DNA of 34,433 nucleotides from an uncultured Clostridia bacterium (lineage in GTDB: Bacteria > Bacillota > Clostridia > Christensenellales > CAZKXV01), in the NCBI GenBank assembly GCA_964556835.1, contig CAZKXV010000001.1, positions 1-34,433 of the forward strand, read 5' to 3'. Under the pieces are notes generated by a model, which saw only the letters and a program-made list of their open reading frames with translations, was not told where the DNA came from and searched no databases. Below, one piece after another: positions 28,005 through 34,433 of this stretch (position 1 is the first letter of the stretch; each line of letters starts with the position of its first letter). A program made the translations under genes and the position numbers.

Positions 28005-29836
28005 AAAAAAAGAGTTATATTATATTTTTCTTGATTATACTAGCTTTAATTGCTAGTCTTTCTGCATGTAATTTCAAAGATAATCAAACAATTACAATTA
28101 GTTTCCATAATAATGGAGGAACTGGAGTTATGTCCAATATGGAAGTAGATATTAATTCAGATGTGACCATTATTGAGAATACATTTACTAGAGAGGGATA
28201 TGATTTCAGCGGTTGGGCATTTTCGGCTGAGGGAGAAGCATTAGCTTATAGTGGCGAAGAATACCGTATAGGTGAATTGGATATTGAACTATACGCTGTA
28301 TGGACACTTAGCCCTAATATAATAATCTTTCATTCGAATAATCAAATTGATATTACTACAAACATTGATATATTTTATGGTGAGATAATAGCTCTGCCAT
28401 TTAATACTTTTGAAAATGAAGGATATATATTTGGAGGTTGGGGATTAACTGCGGACTCAGAAGTTATTTTTGATGATGGTGCAAATTATACTTTTAATAT
28501 CAGACAAGATATTAACTTATACGCAATCTGGTATGAGTTGAAATATACAGTATCGTATAATACAACGAATGGATCGGGCGAAATGTCAGACTACCTAGCT
28601 TATGAAGGAGAGTCATTGACCTTAACTTTATGTAACTATTCCTATAATCATCGTGACTTCTGCGGTTGGGCAACGGTTACGGGAGGCGAGGTAATACACC
28701 TAGATGGTGCAGAAATTGAGATTAATGGTGATTTGAATTTATATGCAGTCTGGGCGATAGTTGATTATACTATCACTTTGGATTATAATGAACTTGCTAC
28801 TAATACTACTCTAGAAGTGCAAGCATTAGGTCAAGTTGCACTACCTCTTGCAGAGGAAATTACTGGTATGAGTTTTGATGGTTGGTATTTCGATAGTCAA
28901 TATACGCAATCCATAAACTTCCCATATGCAATAATCAGCGACCATACTATATATGCGAAGTATTCTCCATTATATGTAGTCAACTTCTATGATTATGATG
29001 ATACTCTACTTAAGACTTCCTATGTGCAAACTGGTGCTAATGCTGAAGCACCAAGCGAACCTACAAGAGAGGGATATCAATTCGACTGCTGGAATAATAG
29101 CTATATAAGCATTACTTCATCAATAGATATTTATGCTCAGTATAATGCTCTAGAATATACGGTCACATTTAACTCAAACGGTGGAACTGGAACAATGCAA
29201 GATTTTTCCGTTTTATACGAAACTTCAGCAAATTTACCTGCAAACCTTTTTGTTAGAACAAATTATAGATTTCTAGGATGGTCGCAGGAAGCACTGGGCA
29301 GTGCTATATATGAGGATAATGGTATCTTTACTATGAATTTATTAGGAGTCACACTGTATGCTATATGGGAATATGGGATAGAATACTTATATTGCGAACT
29401 TTCAAATGGTTATACTATTACTAATGTACTACAGGGCACTAAAATGGTGGAGATTCCTAATACATATGATGATGGCTTAAATGGTACAGCAGAGGTATTA
29501 ATTATAGGCGAGGAAGCCTTTATGAATAATGATGTACAATCAGTTATCTTAGGTGAAAACATAACCAAAGTTGAGATAAATGCTTTTAAGGGTTCAACTG
29601 TAAGTGATATAACTTTGAATGAAGAGTTAACAGAGATAGGAAATTATTGTTTCAAAGATTGTATAAGTCTAACTTCAATAATTATTCCAAGTGGTGTGGA
29701 TATAGTGGGTATTGGCATCTTCTCGGGGACAAATACTGATGTATATTGTATACGTGGTATAGAAGGAGTGGGCTGGGATACTTCTTGGGACAATGAAATG
29801 GAAGGTATCGTTATATGGAATTATACGGAGGTCTAA
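28001..29836 (+). CDS. Surface lipoprotein with about 6 Listeria-Bacteroides-type (Flg_new) repeats and a C-terminal BspA-type leucine-rich repeat region
   Basis: Signal peptide with lipobox LSAC (Cys23). Repeating ~70-aa units of the form F..NGGTG.M......REGY.F.GW........LYA.W. The C-terminus has LRR units (I.I..NAF...T.L..I.IP..V..IG). The ATGA overlaps the upstream stop. Confidence 0.8.
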   Translation: MKKKSYIIFFLIILALIASLSACNFKDNQTITISFHNNGGTGVMSNMEVDINSDVTIIENTFTREGYDFSGWAFSAEGEALAYSGEEYRIGELDIELYAVWTLSPNIIIFHSNNQIDITTNIDIFYGEIIALPFNTFENEGYIFGGWGLTADSEVIFDDGANYTFNIRQDINLYAIWYELKYTVSYNTTNGSGEMSDYLAYEGESLTLTLCNYSYNHRDFCGWATVTGGEVIHLDGAEIEINGDLNLYAVWAIVDYTITLDYNELATNTTLEVQALGQVALPLAEEITGMSFDGWYFDSQYTQSINFPYAIISDHTIYAKYSPLYVVNFYDYDDTLLKTSYVQTGANAEAPSEPTREGYQFDCWNNSYISITSSIDIYAQYNALEYTVTFNSNGGTGTMQDFSVLYETSANLPANLFVRTNYRFLGWSQEALGSAIYEDNGIFTMNLLGVTLYAIWEYGIEYLYCELSNGYTITNVLQGTKMVEIPNTYDDGLNGTAEVLIIGEEAFMNNDVQSVILGENITKVEINAFKGSTVSDITLNEELTEIGNYCFKDCISLTSIIIPSGVDIVGIGIFSGTNTDVYCIRGIEGVGWDTSWDNEMEGIVIWNYTEV

Positions 29837-29837
29837 A

Positions 29838-30086
29838 GTGAGTAAAGTATTAGTCGTTTTTACAGGAGGCACTATCGGTGCTAGATACTTCCCCAACGGG
29901 ATAGATATTGAGGAGAAGGGTGCTTATCCTTTATTAATCAAGTTTGAAAATTGTGGGTTTGATTTCGAGGTAGTAGAGCCAATCAACATACTGAGCGAGA
30001 ATTTGTTGCCACAAGATTGGACTAAGATCATTCGTGAAATTAGGAAGTTCAATCTTGTGTCAGAACTAGTAAAGGTCTCCGATTAA
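29838..30086 (+). pseudogene. 5' fragment of a type I L-asparaginase gene (about 82 codons)
   Basis: GTG start 8 nt after GGAG. KVLVVFTGGTIG is the asparaginase N-terminal catalytic Thr motif. The similarity ends near LPQDWTKIIREIRKF, just before the expected HGTDT motif, and the frame stops after 10 unrelated codons. Confidence 0.55.
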
Positions 30087-30180
30087 TAGGTTGAAACTAA
30101 TTAACGTCCTGCTTTTTAAGAATTGCTAGGATTTTAAACATAAATTTTAATTAATAATTCTTTCCTTTTTCATATGTAGG

Positions 30181-30420
30181 ATTTACTCTCCCATCTGTAA
30201 GTGCATTGAGTCTTTCATCTATTTCATATACTTTTTTTATATACTTTACTAACTTTACCAAATAATTATCTCGCAATTAAAAACCTCATATTTTTGTTAG
30301 TATTATAACAAATAAAATGAAGTTTTTATATCTATATTTATTGAGAATTTTATACACTTCGAAAAAGTGCTTGGAGCTTAGGCTTTATGAGATGTTTGGA
30401 GTTTAGAAGCTAGATTGCTG
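30181..30420 (-). repeat. Copy 1 of an imperfect direct repeat carrying a promoter/RBS/short-ORF module (reads on the minus strand)
   Basis: It shares blocks with 33838-34038, quoted here on the minus strand: CAGCAAT(C/T)TAGCTT, GTGTAT.AAATT, TTTGTTATAATA (TGn-TATAAT; plus-strand coordinates 30302-30310), and GATGAGGTTTTT-AATTG. Confidence 0.7.
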
Positions 30421-30533
30421 ATTCCCTGCAATAGTTATTGAAGGTCTATGAATTTCCTATATCATCATAAGTATGAAAATTCTCTATGCCGTACTAGGTT
30501 AATTGGTCTGTCAAGGGTATTTTTCGTTACAAC

Positions 30534-30560
30534 AAAAAACCGCCCTATAAGAGCGGTTTT
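30534..30560 (-). terminator. Rho-independent terminator after the 969-aa lipoprotein gene
   Basis: On the minus strand: AAAACCGC-tcttatagg-GCGGTTTT followed by TTGTTGT, 29 nt after the stop codon. Confidence 0.7.
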
Positions 30561-30588
30561 GTAATTCTTATACTTATAGTTATAAGGT

Positions 30589-33498
30589 CTAGTCAGCTAG
30601 CACTTCTATATTATTATTATCTAGATTTAACACACATAGATTACCTGTACTATTAGTAGGCTCTGGAACCGAACCCTTGACTTGCCACACGTCAATGAAA
30701 TAGACCTTGTTGCCTATTACTTGTGCATAACACATATAATATACATCTAATCCATCTACTAAAACTGCCACAGGTGTTTCTGCGGTCATATCAACCTTAT
30801 ACAAACCCTTATTGCTTGAACCTATAAGATTACCCACATTACGATAATAGTATATATAGTCACCACTAATAAAAAAGCTTCTAGCATCATTTGTAGTTCC
30901 TAGACTCTCAAAATCATTTACAGTATCACTACTAATATCATACTCAGAGAAATTATTACTAAATGCTTTATCATTCATTAAATATATCTTACCATCCACT
31001 ACCTTATATTCATTAGGTTTAAGATCGCTATTCAATACTGCTGCAGTAGAGTCTTCATATGTATATAGAAGATTGTCAGCCACAAAATATACAATGCCAT
31101 TTTTATAATATACAGAAAAATCTTCTACGGTCTCATCATCAAATATAATAGTGTCATTCTGTCCATCTAAGTCCATCTTGTTGAGAGTGTTGCTATCTGT
31201 AAAATTTGCGTAGTATATTGCGTCATCCGAGAATGCTAAGTGCATACATTTCTCGGTAGATATTCTTATTAATGCACCAGTAGTAAGATTCATCTTATAC
31301 AAATCGAAATTAACCCCAAACCTTACAGATGAGTAGTAGAGATAATCGCCATCAATAGCAAAGTCTGCCACTCTAAGACCTGTAATACGATATTCTGCAT
31401 CATTTGGAATACTGTACTTATAGAGTCTACCACCGTCACGCATATTTATGTAGTATAGCTCACCATTATATTGTTCCATCTTCTCATAATATGTAGCTAT
31501 CACTGTAGGATACTCAGGTACAACGAAGCCTTCCATTATATCAACTTCTGTTTCTGAAGCAACTTCATAAGTATACAAGTGTTTGTCGCTTGTTCTATAA
31601 TAATATAGGTCTGTACCATCTGTTGAAAGAGAATACACATTGTCATCAGTCGCATCAACTACAAGAGATGCACCTGTCAATAAACTAAAGGTATCACCTA
31701 CCCAGCTAGAACCATCTTTTGCAACTCTATATATACCATCACCGAACACAGTACTTGTTACCAAGTCAGTATTTACAAAGTATATATATGAGCCCGCTAT
31801 TGCTAGATATTTGCCCTTTGAATATGTTATTTTTGTAATTTCTGTTGACTCATCTGTCAATGGAAGTGTTAGTGAGCTGTTGGTATCAATAGAGAATATC
31901 GCAGCCCCTGCACTCATATTAGTAAGAGTGAAGTGTCTAGTAAAATACAAGTGTCCGTTATCCACAATAATATCAGATACATTGTAATCATATACTAGTG
32001 TTGCAGTCCCGTTATTTGCAGTCGAGCTAATTCTATACAGTTTACTTCCATCATCTTTATTTGAGAAGTATACATAGCCATTTGAATATACTAGATATGC
32101 AGCCTTAGATGTAGTAAGTCTTGTTGGTACAGGGTCAATACTATCATCATTTATGTCTTCAACAGATATCTTATATATACCATTTTCACTTATGCTAAAT
32201 AAATTGTTTACAGCAAAATACAAGTTAGTACCATCATTAATTAGATACTCTGCATTTACAGGTAGTAGATTTTCACTATTTGTACCATCGAAACTTGCTA
32301 TACCCGAAGATAATAGGCTAGGACTCATATAATACAATTCGCCTCCAACTTCTGTAAAGTATTCTGGCTTCTCGTTATTTACTTTTTCTACGCTAGTGCC
32401 ATCATACTTGTACATCTTGTTATTATCAAGTGAATTCTGGAAGTACACTTCGGAATCATATACTGCGGTAGATAATAATTGCTCAAGCGAGACAATTCTT
32501 ATTGTTGCATTAAGTGTGTGAGTTATATAATTTACACCAGAGACAACGGCTTGTATAGCATAAACGCCTACACTAGTTGCAGAGTTTGCTCCGTTTTCAC
32601 CGCCACTATATGTTACCACAACTCCAGAAGGAATATTACCAGTAACAGTAATGCTATGCGCTCCAGCATCATAGTCAAATATCCAACTATCGAAAGTGAT
32701 TGTAGGAAGTGATATTTTGTTGATTGTAAGAGTTGCGGTATCGGTATAATCGTTATAATTTGCCATAGTCACAGTAACACTTGCATTATATGTACCAGCA
32801 TCAGTTACAACATTACCAGCGTAGGTAGGTGTAGCTCCCGTTGGGATACCCGTTGCTAAGATATTCTTTTCTGAACCATCATAATTACAACTTACATCAT
32901 CAAATGAAATACCAGAAAAATTAAGCTTATTTATAGTAAGAACCGCAGAACCTGTATATGGATTATATCCATCTTGAGTTATAGAGACACTAGCATTGTA
33001 TGTACCTGCATTAGTGCCAGTATTACCTGTATAGCTTACATCAGCTCCAGTTGGTATACCTGTTGCAAGCACACTCTTCTCTGAACCATCATAATCATAA
33101 CTGACATCATCGAACACAATGGTTGTAAAATACGGAAGACTTGAGTCTCCACTCGCAACGATTGTAAGTATTGCAGTTGCCGTATAGGTATTGTATCCTT
33201 CTTGAGTAACTGTAACTTCTGCAGTATATTCGCCAACATCTGTAGCAGTATTATTTGTATAAGTAGCAGTAGCCCCTGTTGGTATACCTGTTGCCACAAT
33301 ACTCTTAATTGTACCATCATGGTCATAGCTTACATCTTCAAATACTATGCCAGTGAAATCTAGAAGTGTGACATCACCACTATCTACTATTATCTTATCA
33401 GTTACGGCTTCACATGAAATAAGCATAGCTGACGCCATACTAATTATCACAATAACCATTAATACTTTTACAATTGAATTTTTATCTTTTGAATGCAT
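30589..33498 (-). CDS. Large surface lipoprotein: 4 tandem MBG-like (YGX-type) domains plus a long beta-propeller-like repeat region (DUF5050-like)
   Basis: Signal peptide with lipobox LISC (Cys29). There are four ~70-75 aa repeats of the form F.DVSY.YDG..K...ATGIPTGA...Y.GN..T.AGTYNA.V.....YN.YT..A.LTI. About 14 recurrences of the blade-like motif G..(L/I)Y(Y/F)......LY(K/R) follow. The RBS is GGAGGA. Confidence 0.85.
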   Translation of the reverse strand: MHSKDKNSIVKVLMVIVIISMASAMLISCEAVTDKIIVDSGDVTLLDFTGIVFEDVSYDHDGTIKSIVATGIPTGATATYTNNTATDVGEYTAEVTVTQEGYNTYTATAILTIVASGDSSLPYFTTIVFDDVSYDYDGSEKSVLATGIPTGADVSYTGNTGTNAGTYNASVSITQDGYNPYTGSAVLTINKLNFSGISFDDVSCNYDGSEKNILATGIPTGATPTYAGNVVTDAGTYNASVTVTMANYNDYTDTATLTINKISLPTITFDSWIFDYDAGAHSITVTGNIPSGVVVTYSGGENGANSATSVGVYAIQAVVSGVNYITHTLNATIRIVSLEQLLSTAVYDSEVYFQNSLDNNKMYKYDGTSVEKVNNEKPEYFTEVGGELYYMSPSLLSSGIASFDGTNSENLLPVNAEYLINDGTNLYFAVNNLFSISENGIYKISVEDINDDSIDPVPTRLTTSKAAYLVYSNGYVYFSNKDDGSKLYRISSTANNGTATLVYDYNVSDIIVDNGHLYFTRHFTLTNMSAGAAIFSIDTNSSLTLPLTDESTEITKITYSKGKYLAIAGSYIYFVNTDLVTSTVFGDGIYRVAKDGSSWVGDTFSLLTGASLVVDATDDNVYSLSTDGTDLYYYRTSDKHLYTYEVASETEVDIMEGFVVPEYPTVIATYYEKMEQYNGELYYINMRDGGRLYKYSIPNDAEYRITGLRVADFAIDGDYLYYSSVRFGVNFDLYKMNLTTGALIRISTEKCMHLAFSDDAIYYANFTDSNTLNKMDLDGQNDTIIFDDETVEDFSVYYKNGIVYFVADNLLYTYEDSTAAVLNSDLKPNEYKVVDGKIYLMNDKAFSNNFSEYDISSDTVNDFESLGTTNDARSFFISGDYIYYYRNVGNLIGSSNKGLYKVDMTAETPVAVLVDGLDVYYMCYAQVIGNKVYFIDVWQVKGSVPEPTNSTGNLCVLNLDNNNIEVLAD
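32491..33363 (-). repeat. Tandem intragenic repeats encoding the four MBG-like domains
   Basis: They cover aa 46-336 of the 969-aa protein. Repeats 2 and 3 are the most similar (ATGIPTGA, DAGTYNASV). Confidence 0.65.
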
Positions 33499-33631
33499 AA
33501 TTTTTCCTCCTGCATCTTATTATTTATTATCTTAATATGAATGTTAATTAATGATTTAAGTCCCCTCTCTTGCAACAAACAATTCGCCTTGACTTTGATT
33601 CATTTCCAATATTTAAAATACCCTAAATATT

Positions 33632-33660
33632 ATTATATACCGACACAACTTTTCTGTCAA
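33632..33660 (-). promoter_or_regulatory. Consensus sigma-70-type promoter of the 969-aa lipoprotein gene
   Basis: On the minus strand, a perfect TTGACA - 17 nt - TATAAT. This implies a leader of about 125 nt before the ATG at 33498. Confidence 0.6.
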
Positions 33661-33837
33661 GGTAAAATGACAACACTTTACCTTATGCTTGGTTTTTTCA
33701 TAAATTATAACACTATTTAAAACAAAATTCAACAACAACATATTAGCCATAGGTTAGCCGACGTCTAGATTTTATGTTAGCTTGGGTATTTCCTCAATTG
33801 TTGCATTAAGAAGGAACATCACGCAAGCTGCTGATCC

Positions 33838-34038
33838 ATTTACCCTCCTGTCCTCTAGTATAGCTCTAATATCTTTTGTAAATTGTTTCTCAATTAAAAA
33901 ACCTCATCTTTTAGTTAATATTATAACAAAAAAACGAAGTCTCTTTAAATCAATTCTTATTGCGAATTTGATACACATCTAAAATAGGTTAAAACAATTG
34001 ATTTTATAGGTTTTTAAAGAGTATAAGCTAAATTGCTG
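33838..34038 (-). repeat. Copy 2 of the imperfect direct repeat with the promoter/RBS module
   Basis: Homologous to 30181-30420. The TGn-TATAAT element is at plus-strand 33920-33928. The repeat begins 7 nt downstream (minus sense) of the stop of the membrane protein gene. Confidence 0.7.
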
Positions 34039-34044
34039 CTTAGA

Positions 34045-34433
34045 CTATACCTCTGTTTTCTCTTCACAAGTTTCTTCAAATTTGAATAACTGCAATTTAT
34101 CTTTTATTATATATATTGATAGCAAAGTAACACCAACACACATTATTATTGACCCTAAAAACCCTAATTTAATTATGCTAAATACTGCTGCACCTACTGA
34201 TGTAGCTAATATGTAAATTATTTGCAAGGGTATTGAGTTTGCAGCTTGCTTTAATGCTTTAACTTTATCACCATCAAACTCTTTTATTGACTTGTAAAAA
34301 GCTATTATATTAAAAACAAAGAAGCTTAATATTAGAATTATAAACTGTATTGCAACATCATCAATTTGATATCCAATTGATTTAGATAATAAAAATGCTA
34401 ACAAATAGGTAGGTAAAGCAAATAAAACAACAT
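34045..34433 (-). CDS. Hypothetical small polytopic membrane protein (5' end probably outside the window)
   Basis: The frame stays open upstream of the TTG at 34404 to the window end. The protein is strongly hydrophobic, with about 3-4 predicted helices. I recognise no family. Confidence 0.55.
   Translation of the reverse strand, partial: VVLFALPTYLLAFLLSKSIGYQIDDVAIQFIILILSFFVFNIIAFYKSIKEFDGDKVKALKQAANSIPLQIIYILATSVGAAVFSIIKLGFLGSIIMCVGVTLLSIYIIKDKLQLFKFEETCEEKTEV

Noticed and set aside
535-33326. Many 60-157 aa ORFs in the six-frame track lie inside, and antisense or out of frame to, the large conserved genes. Examples are 535-942, 1508-1726, 3444-3998, 5264-5523, 10980-11523, 16446-16919, 16583-16828, 19106-19573, 21511-22263, 25013-25452, 31640-31987 and 33036-33326.
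   Set aside because: Each is fully nested in a gene with strong family motifs. They have no RBS or promoter, and their composition (Ser/Leu/Ile-rich) is typical of shadow frames in AT-rich DNA.
33659-33684. An 8-bp-stem hairpin (AAGGTAAA-10 nt-TTTACCTT) abutting the -35 of the lipoprotein promoter. It could be a terminator insulating that promoter from the upstream repeat-borne promoter.
   Set aside because: There is no U-tract directly after the stem on the minus strand. On the plus strand the T-run is 8 nt away and there is no gene to terminate.
33571-33806. Possible inverted repeats (TGCAACAAACAATT versus CAATTGTTGCA) flanking the consensus promoter of the large lipoprotein gene, which could form an invertible phase-variation switch.
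   Set aside because: The match is only about 11 nt with a 3-nt indel in AT-rich DNA. No site-specific recombinase gene is in the window. The promoter is already in the ON orientation with a plausible leader.
33782-33982. A 66-aa + strand ORF in the track.
   Set aside because: It starts at a non-ATG codon without an RBS. It lies on the opposite strand of the repeat module and is not conserved in repeat copy 1.
1-34433. I scanned for tRNA/rRNA genes, CRISPR arrays, transposases/integrases, toxin-antitoxin or restriction/defence genes, and for an alternative genetic code (TGA = Trp).
   Set aside because: None were recognised. Regularly spaced direct repeats are absent. All large ORFs are accounted for by metabolic or surface proteins. 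TGA terminates conserved proteins at their expected ends (rsmA, iolB, LarA homolog), while Trp positions use TGG.

Overview
AT-rich, Bacillota-like chromosomal segment read with the standard bacterial code (TGA ends conserved proteins, Trp is TGG). From 1 to 17.2 kb there is a co-directional + strand run of housekeeping genes: the metG 3' part, tatD, rsmA, a nagA-like amidohydrolase, an aldo/keto reductase fused to a 4Fe-4S domain, a membrane-embedded M28 peptidase, ung, dapF-carA-carB-dapL, purF and purA. From 17.2 to 23.3 kb lie a DegT-family aminotransferase, iolG with its own consensus promoter, and a convergent iolB-iolD-iolE operon. iolC, iolJ, iolA and a transporter are not in the window. 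The most unusual part is 23.4-29.8 kb. A LacI-family regulator, divergent from iolB, heads a tightly packed operon. It encodes an archaeal-type (class II) GAPDH, an archaeal-like phosphoglycerate kinase, a LarA-family nickel-pincer 2-hydroxyacid racemase/epimerase homolog with an intact catalytic set, and a translationally coupled surface lipoprotein. I do not recognise this combination as a described pathway. The last 4.6 kb look accessory. They hold a 5' fragment of an L-asparaginase gene, and a 969-aa lipoprotein (4 tandem MBG-like domains plus a long beta-propeller-like repeat region) bracketed by an imperfect ~200-240 bp direct repeat carrying a conserved promoter/RBS/short-ORF module. 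A partial membrane protein gene sits at the window edge. I found no rRNA, tRNA, CRISPR array, transposase or integrase. All functional calls rest on motif recognition by eye, not on database searches.
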